A program made the translations under genes and the position numbers. Shown here piece after piece: positions 25,868 to 35,090 of a DNA stretch of 38,417 nucleotides. The notes beneath the pieces are model-generated. The model saw nothing but the letters and a program-made list of their open reading frames with translations, searched no databases and had not been told where the DNA came from. The number at the start of each line of letters is the position of its first letter. Position 1 is the first letter of the stretch. The stretch is from Candidatus Portnoybacteria bacterium RIFCSPLOWO2_01_FULL_43_11 (GTDB taxonomy: Bacteria; Patescibacteriota; Minisyncoccia; Portnoybacterales; UBA2143): assembly GCA_001819605.1 (NCBI GenBank), contig MHNE01000015.1:1-38417 (forward strand), written 5' to 3'.

Positions 25868-28021
25868 TTAGTCTATCCTCTCCTCTTCCGTTGTCAATAT
25901 TTCGCGCGGTTTGGCTCCTTCAGCCGGACCCACGACTCCGTTTTTTTCCAATATGTCAATCAGCCGCGCGGCCCTGGCATAACCAATTCGCAGACGCCTT
26001 TGAAGTAATGAAGCAGACGCTTTGCCGGCCTGAATAATCACCCCTTTGGCTTCTTCGTATAATTCGTCATCAGTTTCCAAAGAGGCAAAACTTCCTCCAT
26101 AACTCATTTCACTTCCGGCGCTGGCGCTTAAAATAGATTGGTTGTATTCCGGCTCCTGAACCTTTTTCAAATAATCAGCCACTTTTTTAATTTCTTTGTC
26201 TGAAACATAAGTGCCCTGAATCCGGCGGGGTTTGCCCGCGTCGCCGGCCAAATAAAGCATATCGCCGTGACCCAATAATTTGTCCGCCCCGGCCATATCC
26301 AAGATAGTTCTGGAATCTATTTGAGAAGCGACTTGAAAAGCAATCCGCGAGGTAATATTTGCTTTAATCAATCCGGTAATCACTTCAACCGAGGGACGTT
26401 GGGTAGAAACTACCAAGTGAATGCCAACCGCCCTGGCCATTTGAGCCAAACGAACAACAGCGGCCTCCACTTCCCGGCCCCGGGAAGTCATTAAATCAGC
26501 CAGTTCATCAATAACAACGACGATGTAGGGCAAAGTTTCGTGATTTCTGCCGTTATAAGCTAAAATATCCCGAGTCCCTCTTTCCTGTAAAACATCAAAT
26601 CTTCTTTCCATTTCGCTGATGGCCCAGCGCAAAGCGTTAACCGCTTTATCAGGATGAACGATAACCGGAGTTAATAAATGAGGAATATTATTATAAGGAG
26701 TAAACTCCACTCTTTTGGGGTCAATTAAAATAAGTCTTAAAGTAGACGGGGAATTCTGATAAAGTAGACTGATGATTAAGCCGTTAATGCCGATTGTTTT
26801 GCCGGCGCCGGTGGCTCCGGCGATTAAAAGATGGGGCATCCGGGCCAAATCGCCGTAAAAAGGCCGGCCAGCCACGCTCCGACCCAGGGCAAAAGACAAA
26901 CGGGACGGCAATTCCCTAAAAGTCGGATGCTCCAGAAGATTTCTCAAACGAACCAAGACCGTTGTTTTATTGGGAATTTCAATCCCGACTAAAGCCCGGC
27001 TGGGAATAGGCGCTTCTATACGAAGAGGATGAGCGGCCAAAGCCAAAGCCAAATCATTATGAAGAGCCGTAATCCTGGCCAATTTTACGCCCTGGGCCGG
27101 CCGAAGAGTGTATTGAGTAATTGTCGGCCCGATATTGACTTCAGCCATCTCCACTTCAATGCCGAAATTATGAAGAGTTCGTCTGATAATATTTTGGTTG
27201 GCTTTTATGTCGCCGCTCGTCGGCTGACCTTTATCTTTTTCCAAAAGATCGAGCGGCGGCAGTTTAAAATCAGCTAAACCAGCGGGGGCTTTAGCTTTTT
27301 GGTTTTTAGATAATTTAGCCGCGCCTTCCTCAAAATATTCGTCTTTTTTAACCGCTTCTTCTGCTCTTGGCTCTTCTCTTTCTGATTCTTCTTTTTTAGG
27401 ATTAGCTTTATTTTTAAATTTTTCCCATAAGCCCGGTTTCTTTTCCTCGGGCAAGGGAATTTCTTCTCTTATTTCTTTAATCTCCTCTTCTTTTTTTTCT
27501 TCTTTTTTAATTTCTTCAATCTCTTCTTTTTTCCTTCTTAAGGGCATATTAAAGGTTATTAAAATAGAAATTAATAAAAGAGCCGATAAAACCACCAAAC
27601 TGGCCCAGAAACCTAAAAATTTGGCCAATGGCCAGCCAATTAAAAAGCCAAAATATCCTCCTCTTTTATTTAATACTTCTTCTCCGCCAAAAATATGGAA
27701 AACTCCCAAGATACTTAAAATAAAAAGCGTCATTCCAATCAAAGTGGAACGATAAGCCGGCCGATGAAAAGACTTTAAAAAAGCCAGACCGGTCAAAATA
27801 AAACCAATGGGAATCAGAAAAAATCCCCGGCCAAAAAATATGCGGCTGATATCCGCAAAATACTGGCCGAAAGCGCCGGCTGCTTTAAAATAACTTAAAA
27901 AACTTAAGAGAGCCAGAGTAAAACAAACAACCACCGCTATCCCCTTCTTAGTTTCAGGATGAAGGGCCGGTTTTTTGGGCTTGATTTTTTTGTTTTTAGA
28001 AGATTTTTTAAGTTTAGCCAC
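25868..28021 (-). CDS. ftsK: DNA translocase FtsK/SpoIIIE
   Basis: N-terminal TM domain, [36 protein letters not shown], gamma domain [21 protein letters not shown] start. Confidence 0.98.
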   Translation of the reverse strand: MAKLKKSSKNKKIKPKKPALHPETKKGIAVVVCFTLALLSFLSYFKAAGAFGQYFADISRIFFGRGFFLIPIGFILTGLAFLKSFHRPAYRSTLIGMTLFILSILGVFHIFGGEEVLNKRGGYFGFLIGWPLAKFLGFWASLVVLSALLLISILITFNMPLRRKKEEIEEIKKEEKKEEEIKEIREEIPLPEEKKPGLWEKFKNKANPKKEESEREEPRAEEAVKKDEYFEEGAAKLSKNQKAKAPAGLADFKLPPLDLLEKDKGQPTSGDIKANQNIIRRTLHNFGIEVEMAEVNIGPTITQYTLRPAQGVKLARITALHNDLALALAAHPLRIEAPIPSRALVGIEIPNKTTVLVRLRNLLEHPTFRELPSRLSFALGRSVAGRPFYGDLARMPHLLIAGATGAGKTIGINGLIISLLYQNSPSTLRLILIDPKRVEFTPYNNIPHLLTPVIVHPDKAVNALRWAISEMERRFDVLQERGTRDILAYNGRNHETLPYIVVVIDELADLMTSRGREVEAAVVRLAQMARAVGIHLVVSTQRPSVEVITGLIKANITSRIAFQVASQIDSRTILDMAGADKLLGHGDMLYLAGDAGKPRRIQGTYVSDKEIKKVADYLKKVQEPEYNQSILSASAGSEMSYGGSFASLETDDELYEEAKGVIIQAGKASASLLQRRLRIGYARAARLIDILEKNGVVGPAEGAKPREILTTEEERID

Positions 28022-28027
28022 AGAAAA

Positions 28028-28118
28028 AATTTTTAATTTCTAATTTTTAATTTATAAACTGTTTGAAAATTGGGTTATTGAAAATTTAATAGAAATTGAT
28101 AATTGAAAATTGAAAATT
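28028..28118. repeat. Inverted period-7 arrays filling the rpoC-ftsK spacer
   Basis: AATTTTT AATTTCT AATTTTT AATTTAT ... AGAAATT GATAATT GAAAATT GAAAATT. Confidence 0.75.
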
Positions 28119-31100
28119 ATTTGCGGAATCCCGTGCCAGCCGGAATCAGCTTTCCTATTATAACATTCTCCTTTAGTCCTTTCAATTTATCAATTTTTCC
28201 CTGAACAGCCGCGTCAATCAAAACTCTGGCCGTCTCCTGAAAAGAAGCGGCGGAAAGAAAACTGTCAGTACTTAAAGAAACTTTAGTAATACCCAAAAGC
28301 AAAGATTGAGCTTCGGCTGGTTTTAATCCCTTATTTTTGGCCCGGGCGTTTTCTTCCTGCAGACTGGCTTGTTCAACTACCTGTCCGGCTAGGAAATTTG
28401 TCTGACCCGGATCTATAATCAGGGCCCGCGAAAACATTTGCCGGATAATTATTTCTATGTGTTTATCGTTAATTTTTTCACCGGCAATGGCGTAAATAGA
28501 CTGAACGCCCTTGACAATATACCTCTGAACCGCTTCTTTCCCCGCTAATCTATATAAGTCCTTTAAATCAACATGGCCCTCGTTTAACTGCTGTCCCTTA
28601 GTTATTAAATCGCCTTTACTAATCCATGTTCCTGTATTCGTAGGCACAACATATTCTTTAATTTCTTCTTTCTTTTCTTTAAGTTTTTTAGAATTTTGGA
28701 TTTTAGATTTAGAATTTGTTTCGGATTTCGGATTTGGAATTTGGAATTTTATCTTAATTATCTTCTGATTTTCTTTTTCAAAAACATCTATCACCTGACC
28801 GTCAACTTCAGAAATAATAGCTTTGCCCTTTGGGGATCTGGCCTCAAAAATTTCGTCTACTCTGGGCAAACCTTGAGTAATATCCTGTCCGCCGGCCACG
28901 CCGCCGGTATGAAAAGTCCGAAGCGTTAATTGAGTGCCGGGTTCGCCAATGGCTTGGGCAGTAACAATACCCACTGCCTCGCCCAAATTAACCAATTGAT
29001 TGCGCCCCAAATCATAGCCATAGCATTTCTGGCAAACCCCGTTTATGGCTTTACAGGTAATGACTGATCTGACTTTAATCTTATCAAGACCGGCCTCCTC
29101 TATTTTATGAGCTATTTCTTTATCAACTAGTTGTCCGACTTTTATTTCTATTTCAGACCCGGGTATCTGGATTTTCTCAAGAATAACTCTCCCAATCACC
29201 CTCTCGGCTAAACTATGATTAAACTCTTCTTCATCTTCTTTGTAAATATAAATACCTTCTCTATCTCCGCAGTCATTTTCCCTGATTACGATATCTTGAG
29301 TAACATCAACCAACCGCCTGGTTAAATAACCAGCCGTGGCTGTTCTAAGAGCCGTATCAGCCAGTCCTTTTCTGCCTCCGTGAGTGGCGATAAAATATTC
29401 CAAAACGTCAAACCCTTCTTTATAAGAACTTCTGACCGGCAATTCAATGGTTTCGCCTGAAGGATTAACCACTAATCCTTTCATTCCCATCATTTGCGCG
29501 GTCTGTCCCCATGAACCGCGCGAACCGGAATCAATCATCATATAAACCGGGTTGGCCGGACTTAAAGATTGAGAAACCTGCTTAGCCATCTTTTCCGTTA
29601 CTCTTGACCAAACCTCAATTACCCGTCCTTTTCGCTCTGTATCGGTTAAGAGTCCGTCAAGATACTGGCTCTGAATAGTTTCAACTTCTTTATCCGCTTC
29701 TTTTAACCATTCTTTCTTTTGATGAGGCACCTCTAAATCATCCATTCCCCAACTAATGCCTGACACGGCGGCGTACTTAAATCCCATTCTTTTTATCTTA
29801 TCCAAAATTACCGCGGTTTTCTTTAAACCGCATTTATCAATTAATTCGCTTATGAGCTTGCGAAGCTCCCGCTGATTCATAATCCTGTTAATAAACCCGA
29901 CTTCTTCAGGCAGGTATTCGTTAAAAATCATCCGGCCCACGGAAGTTTCTAAAAGATTTCCGTCTAACCTGACCTTTATTTTCGCCTTTAAATCCACCTC
30001 CCCGAAATGCTTAGTCAAAAGAGCTTCTTCAACTGAACCAAAAATTTTTCCCTCTCCTTTTAAACCTTCTCCCATGCTAGTGAGCCAATAACATCCAAGA
30101 ACCACATCTTGAGTAGGGATGGCCACCGGATCGCCGGCTGCCGGCTTTAAAAGATTTTTTGAAGAAAGCATAATTTCCCTTGCTTCTTCTTGGGCTTTTT
30201 CAGTTAAAGGTAAATGAACGGCCATTTGGTCTCCGTCAAAATCAGCGTTAAAAGCCCGGCAAACCATTGGATGAACCTGAATGGCGTTTCCTTCAATCAG
30301 CTTTGGCTGGAAGGCCTGAATGCCCAAACGATGCAAAGTGGGAGCCCTATTTAAAAGAACATAACGATCCTTGATAACTTCTTCCAAAACGCTCCAAATA
30401 TCGTCTGATTCCTGATCAATCAAACGGCCGGCGCCGCGGATATTATGAACCAATCCCCTTTCAACTAATTTGTTAATGACAAAAGGCTTAAAAAGCTCCA
30501 AGGCCATATATTTGGGCAGACCGCACTCATGAAGCTTTAATTCCGGACCCACGACAATTACGGAGCGGCCGGAATAATCAACCCGTTTTCCTAAAAGATT
30601 CTGTCTGAACCGGCCTTGCTTGCCTTTGAGCATATCAGCCAAGGAACGGAGAACCCGTTTTTGGCCGGTCGTAGCCGACACGGCTGACTGGCCGCGCCGG
30701 GCCGTATTGTCAATTAAAGCGTCAACCGCTTCCTGAAGCATTCTTTTTTCGTTTCGGCAGATAACTTCCGGCGCCTTTAATTCCAATAAATGCTTTAAAC
30801 GATTGTTTCTGTTAATTACCCGGCGGTATAAATCATTAACGTCAGAAGTGGCGTAGCGGCCGCCGTCTAACTGAACCATAGGTCTTAAATCAGGCGGCAA
30901 AACAGGCAAAGCCGTTAAAAACATCCATTCTGGTCTGATTTGAGCCCTAATCAATCCCTTAATCAGCCGTAATCGTTTTTGTATTTTTTTCTGAAGTACC
31001 GGACTGGCCTCTTTGACCCGCGCTGTAAGTTTTTTGGCCAGCTCCTCTAAATTCATTTCTTCAAAAATTTTCCGCAGGGTTTCGGCCCCGGTCCCGGCTT

Positions 31101-31731
31101 CAAAAACTTGAGCGTATTTCAAGCTTAAATCCCGATATCCCAATTCGGGAAGAATCTGAAAACGATGCAAATCCCTCAATTCCCTCACTGCTCTATCCCG
31201 CTGTTCTTTTAATTGATTTTTTAAATTTGAAGGTTTTGAGTTTTGAGATTTGAGTTTTTGTTTATATTCTCTCTCTATTTCCTCAATTGATTTTTTTCTC
31301 GCTTCTTCATCAATCTTAGTAATAATATAACCGGCAAAATAAATAATTTTTTCCAAATTTTGAACGGAAACGTCTAAAAGCAGGCCAGTTTTAGAAGGCA
31401 CGCCTCTTAAAAACCAGATATGAGAAACCGGCACGGCTAATTTAATGTGTCCCATCCTTTCCCGTCTGACAATGGCCCTTGTCACTTCAACGCCGCATTT
31501 GTCGCAAACTACTCCTTTATAGCGAATCCGACGGTATTTGCCGCAGTAGCATTCCCAGTCTTTTTCCGGACCGAAAATTTTCTCACAAAACAAACCGTCT
31601 TTTTCCGGTCTCTGCGTCCGATAATTAATAGTCTCCGGCTTTGTAACTTCGCCTTTTGACCAATCTAAAATCTCATCCGGCGAAGCCACTCTTAAAACAA
31701 TCGATTCAAAATCTGAAACTTTAGTGCTCAT
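28117..31731 (-). CDS. rpoC: RNA polymerase beta' subunit
   Basis: KPETINYRT, Zn ribbon CYCGKY...[40 protein letters not shown]. Confidence 0.99.
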   Translation of the reverse strand: MSTKVSDFESIVLRVASPDEILDWSKGEVTKPETINYRTQRPEKDGLFCEKIFGPEKDWECYCGKYRRIRYKGVVCDKCGVEVTRAIVRRERMGHIKLAVPVSHIWFLRGVPSKTGLLLDVSVQNLEKIIYFAGYIITKIDEEARKKSIEEIEREYKQKLKSQNSKPSNLKNQLKEQRDRAVRELRDLHRFQILPELGYRDLSLKYAQVFEAGTGAETLRKIFEEMNLEELAKKLTARVKEASPVLQKKIQKRLRLIKGLIRAQIRPEWMFLTALPVLPPDLRPMVQLDGGRYATSDVNDLYRRVINRNNRLKHLLELKAPEVICRNEKRMLQEAVDALIDNTARRGQSAVSATTGQKRVLRSLADMLKGKQGRFRQNLLGKRVDYSGRSVIVVGPELKLHECGLPKYMALELFKPFVINKLVERGLVHNIRGAGRLIDQESDDIWSVLEEVIKDRYVLLNRAPTLHRLGIQAFQPKLIEGNAIQVHPMVCRAFNADFDGDQMAVHLPLTEKAQEEAREIMLSSKNLLKPAAGDPVAIPTQDVVLGCYWLTSMGEGLKGEGKIFGSVEEALLTKHFGEVDLKAKIKVRLDGNLLETSVGRMIFNEYLPEEVGFINRIMNQRELRKLISELIDKCGLKKTAVILDKIKRMGFKYAAVSGISWGMDDLEVPHQKKEWLKEADKEVETIQSQYLDGLLTDTERKGRVIEVWSRVTEKMAKQVSQSLSPANPVYMMIDSGSRGSWGQTAQMMGMKGLVVNPSGETIELPVRSSYKEGFDVLEYFIATHGGRKGLADTALRTATAGYLTRRLVDVTQDIVIRENDCGDREGIYIYKEDEEEFNHSLAERVIGRVILEKIQIPGSEIEIKVGQLVDKEIAHKIEEAGLDKIKVRSVITCKAINGVCQKCYGYDLGRNQLVNLGEAVGIVTAQAIGEPGTQLTLRTFHTGGVAGGQDITQGLPRVDEIFEARSPKGKAIISEVDGQVIDVFEKENQKIIKIKFQIPNPKSETNSKSKIQNSKKLKEKKEEIKEYVVPTNTGTWISKGDLITKGQQLNEGHVDLKDLYRLAGKEAVQRYIVKGVQSIYAIAGEKINDKHIEIIIRQMFSRALIIDPGQTNFLAGQVVEQASLQEENARAKNKGLKPAEAQSLLLGITKVSLSTDSFLSAASFQETARVLIDAAVQGKIDKLKGLKENVIIGKLIPAGTGFRK
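28690..28749 (-). repeat. Eight 7-mers (60 nt, in frame) inside rpoC
   Basis: Coding strand: AAATTCC AAATTCC AAATCCG AAATCCG AAAC AAATTCT AAATCTA AAATCCA AAATTCT = [20 protein letters not shown]. Confidence 0.85.
31214..31258 (-). repeat. Second period-7 tract inside rpoC
   Basis: Coding strand: AAAACTC AAATCTC AAAACTC AAAACC...; encodes [14 protein letters not shown]. Confidence 0.65.
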
Positions 31732-31734
31732 AAT

Positions 31735-34700
31735 TTATTGCTCCCTTTTTAATCCCTTTAATTCCACATTCAGCCCCAGCGCTTTTAATTCGCTTATTAA
31801 AACATTAAACGAGGCCGGCACATTAGGGGCTTGAATCGGCTTGCCGCGAATAATGGCGTCATAGACATTAGCCCGACCCAAAACATCATCCGACTTAATT
31901 GTCAACATCTCCTGCAAGGTATAAGCCGCTCCATAACCCTCCAGGGCCCAGACTTCCATTTCGCCGAAACGTTGACCGCCGAATTGAGCTTTGCCGCCCA
32001 AGGGCTGCTGGGTAATCAGAGAATAAGGACCCACTGAACGCATATGGATTTTATCCTCAACTAAGTGAAGCAGTTTCATAATATAGATGTAACCGACCGT
32101 CACCGGCTGATCAAACGGCTCGCCGCTTCGGCCGTCGTATAAAATAACCTTGCCGTTTTCCGGCAATCCGGCTTTTCTTAATTGATCCTTAATGTCTTTT
32201 TCTTTAATCCCTGAAAGAGCCGGACTCAAAGCCGGCTGACCGAGATGTTTAGCGGCCCAGCCCAAATGGGTTTCTAAAATCTGCCCGATATTCATCCGTG
32301 AAGCCACGCCTAATGGATTAAGAATAATTTCTATCGGCGTCCCGTCGGCTAAGTAAGGCATCTCCTCTTCGGGTAAAACTTTGGCAATGACGCCTTTGTT
32401 GCCGTGGCGGCCGGCTAATTTGTCGCCCACCGCCACTTTGCGCAGCTGCGCCACTTCCACCTGAATGCTTTTAATTACGCCGGCCTGCAGTTTATCTCCC
32501 CGGTCGCGGGAAAAAATCTGGATGTTAACCACCCGGCCCCGCTTGCCGTGAGGCAGACGCAAAGAAGTATCTTTGACATCGCGGGCTTTCTCTCCAAAAA
32601 TAGCCCTTAATAATCTTTCTTCGGCCGTTAAATCCGTTTCGCCCTTAGGCGAAATTTTACCGACCAAAATATCATTGGGTCTTACCTCTGCCCCGATTCG
32701 GACAATTCCCTCTTCGTCCAAATCTTTTAATCTTTCTTCGCCAACATTAGGAATATCCGGAGTGGTGATTTCCGGACCCAGTTTTGTTTCCCGAACATCG
32801 CAGGTAAAGCTTTCAATGTGAATGGAAGTATAACGATCGTCTCTGACTAATTTCTCGGAAAGAATAATCGCGTCTTCAAAATTATTTCCCCGCCACGACA
32901 TAAAAGCCACCAAAACATTCTGGCCCAAAGCCAGTTTGCCGTGATCCGTGGCCGCCCCGTCGGCTAAAATGTCTCCCTTTTTTATTTTTTGTCCCTTTTT
33001 TACTATAGGATGCTGATTAATGCATGTGTATTGATTGGTCCGGCTAAAAGAATGGAAAAGATATTTTTTGGATTTCTTGTCAGTTTTTAGAATTACCTGA
33101 TCAGCGTCCACTTCTTCCACAAACCCGTCTTCTTCCGCGATAATTAACTGGCCTGAATCGCGAGCCGCTTTTTCTTCTATGCCCGTACCCACCAAAGGCG
33201 CTTCCGGATTAATACAGGCCACGGCCTGACGCTGCATATTTGAGCCCATTAGAGCCCGGTTCGCGTCATCGTGCTCCAAAAAGGGAATCAAAGAAGTGGC
33301 CACGCTGATGCATTGCTGGGGCGAAATATCTATGAAATGAACTTTAGAACGTTCAATAAGACCCGGCTGTCCTTGAATACGGGCTTCTACTCTTCTGTCT
33401 AAAAACTCGCCCTTCTTACTTAACTTTATTCCAGCATGAGCAATATTGTATTTTCCCTCTTCCCAGCCATCAAGATAAACAATCTCGTCTGTTATCCGCC
33501 AATTTTTTACTTTTCTATAAGGCGTCTCAATGAAACCATGTTCGTTCAACCGGGCATAAGTGGCTAAATGACCGACCAAACCGATATTCGGACCTTCCGG
33601 AGTTTCAATGGGACAAATCCGGCCGTAATAACTGGAATGCACATCCCTTACCTCAAAACCGGCCCGCTCTTTGGTGAGGCCGCCCGGCCCCATGGCTGAC
33701 AAACGGCGCTTATGCTCCAGTTCAGCCAAAGGATTAATTTGATCCATAAACTGGGACAATTGAGAAGAAGTAAAGAATTCCTTAATTGAAGCGATAAAAG
33801 GCCTGGCGTTAATCAACTGCCCGGGAGTTAAACCGTATATCTCCAAGGTAGACATCTTGTCGCGGATAATTCTTTCAGTCCTCGTCAAGCCGACCCTTAA
33901 CTTATTCTGAAGCAATTCGCCCAATGTCCTCACCCGGCGATTGCCCAAATGGTCAATATCGTCCGGTTTAGAATTGGGCGTATTATTCAGTCTGATAATT
34001 TCTTTAATAACGGCGATAATGTCTTCCAAATGTAAAATACGGTCTTCTTTGGTAATTTCCTTTTTTCCGCCGGACGCGCCTTTTATATCCTCTAATCTTT
34101 GATTAAACTTCCACCTGCCTACTTCTTTTAAATCATATCTTTCAAAACTAAACATGGCGGCAATAAAAGAACGGGCATTGTCCACTGTGGCCAAATCGCC
34201 CGGCCTGATTCTTTTGTAAACTTCAATAAAACCCTCGTCAGCGCTCTTTGACGAATCTTTAGCCAGAGTGGCTTCTATATAATCCGTTTCGCCTTTATTG
34301 ATATCGCTGAAAATATTTTTAATGTCCTCATTAGTTAATTTGTCATCCTGAGGGCGAAGCCCGAAGGATCCCGTAGATTTAGTATTTTTGCCGCGGGATT
34401 CTTCGCCCGCTGGCTGGCGGGCTTCAGAATGACGAAGTTTTTCTAAGGCCGCAAAAACTCTCAATAAAGCCGTGGCCGGGGCCTTTCTTTTCCGGTCAAT
34501 CTTTACGCCAATGGCGCCGTCTAAATCCGTTTCAAATTCCAGCCAGGCGCCGCGGTTGGGAATGACTTTTGCCCCGAACAATTGCCGGCCGCGGACAAAT
34601 TGAGAAGTAAAAAAAACCCCGAACGACCGAATCAATTGAGAAATGACCACTCTTTCCACGCCGTTAACGATAAAAGTGCCTCGTTTGGTCATTATGGGAA

Positions 34701-34995
34701 ATTCGCCCAAATAAATCTCCTGCTCTTTGACTTCTTTTGTTTTTTTATTTATTAACTTCAAACGGCAACGCAAAGAAGCCTCATAAGAAGCGTTATGGGC
34801 TTTAGCTCCAACTTCATCATATTTTGGCTCGTCTAAATGATAATCTAAAAAATAAAGCTCTAAGTCTTTGCCGCTCCAGTCTCTGATTGGACTTATCTCG
34901 TCAAAAAGCTCTCTTAATCCCTTCTCTAAAAACCACTTATATGAATGGAGTTGTGTTTCAATTAAATTAGGGAGCCGGAAACCTCCTTTGAGCAT
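31735..34995 (-). CDS. rpoB: RNA polymerase beta subunit
   Basis: [65 protein letters not shown]. Confidence 0.99.
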   Translation of the reverse strand: MLKGGFRLPNLIETQLHSYKWFLEKGLRELFDEISPIRDWSGKDLELYFLDYHLDEPKYDEVGAKAHNASYEASLRCRLKLINKKTKEVKEQEIYLGEFPIMTKRGTFIVNGVERVVISQLIRSFGVFFTSQFVRGRQLFGAKVIPNRGAWLEFETDLDGAIGVKIDRKRKAPATALLRVFAALEKLRHSEARQPAGEESRGKNTKSTGSFGLRPQDDKLTNEDIKNIFSDINKGETDYIEATLAKDSSKSADEGFIEVYKRIRPGDLATVDNARSFIAAMFSFERYDLKEVGRWKFNQRLEDIKGASGGKKEITKEDRILHLEDIIAVIKEIIRLNNTPNSKPDDIDHLGNRRVRTLGELLQNKLRVGLTRTERIIRDKMSTLEIYGLTPGQLINARPFIASIKEFFTSSQLSQFMDQINPLAELEHKRRLSAMGPGGLTKERAGFEVRDVHSSYYGRICPIETPEGPNIGLVGHLATYARLNEHGFIETPYRKVKNWRITDEIVYLDGWEEGKYNIAHAGIKLSKKGEFLDRRVEARIQGQPGLIERSKVHFIDISPQQCISVATSLIPFLEHDDANRALMGSNMQRQAVACINPEAPLVGTGIEEKAARDSGQLIIAEEDGFVEEVDADQVILKTDKKSKKYLFHSFSRTNQYTCINQHPIVKKGQKIKKGDILADGAATDHGKLALGQNVLVAFMSWRGNNFEDAIILSEKLVRDDRYTSIHIESFTCDVRETKLGPEITTPDIPNVGEERLKDLDEEGIVRIGAEVRPNDILVGKISPKGETDLTAEERLLRAIFGEKARDVKDTSLRLPHGKRGRVVNIQIFSRDRGDKLQAGVIKSIQVEVAQLRKVAVGDKLAGRHGNKGVIAKVLPEEEMPYLADGTPIEIILNPLGVASRMNIGQILETHLGWAAKHLGQPALSPALSGIKEKDIKDQLRKAGLPENGKVILYDGRSGEPFDQPVTVGYIYIMKLLHLVEDKIHMRSVGPYSLITQQPLGGKAQFGGQRFGEMEVWALEGYGAAYTLQEMLTIKSDDVLGRANVYDAIIRGKPIQAPNVPASFNVLISELKALGLNVELKGLKREQ
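34341..34434. repeat. Inverted pair of (C/T)GTC-tagged REP-like units in frame inside rpoB
   Basis: TGTCATCCTGA-GGGC-GAA-GCCC-GAAGGATCCCG ... CGGGATTCTTC-GCCCGC..GCGGGC-TTCAGAATGACG; encodes [31 protein letters not shown]. Confidence 0.9.
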
Positions 34996-35059
34996 AAAAA
35001 CAAAACCAAACTTCCCTACCTCTTTTTAGGGTTTATACGAAAATATTTCTGTTGTTTTA

Positions 35060-35087
35060 AGTATAAATGATTTTGAAAAAAAGTCAA
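35060..35087 (-). promoter_or_regulatory. Sigma70 promoter of rpoBC
   Basis: TTGACT-16 nt-TATACT on the minus strand, about 65 nt upstream of the rpoB ATG. Confidence 0.65.
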
Positions 35088-35090
35088 CCC

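Noticed and set aside
27460-27540. Purine-rich low-complexity tract in ftsK ([17 protein letters not shown])
   Set aside because: Codon-phase Lys/Glu linker, ordinary for FtsK.
28028-28118. Possible CRISPR array among the repeat tracts
   Set aside because: No 23-50-nt repeats with unique spacers anywhere in the window, and no cas genes.
24847-34995. Inteins or introns in recA, rpoB or rpoC
   Set aside because: Lengths are normal, and no intein terminal motifs or frame interruptions were seen.
34996-35058. Possible frameshifted N-terminal extension of the short-starting RpoB (KQQKYF...)
   Set aside because: That frame has no start codon downstream of the predicted promoter and stops out of frame with the ATG.
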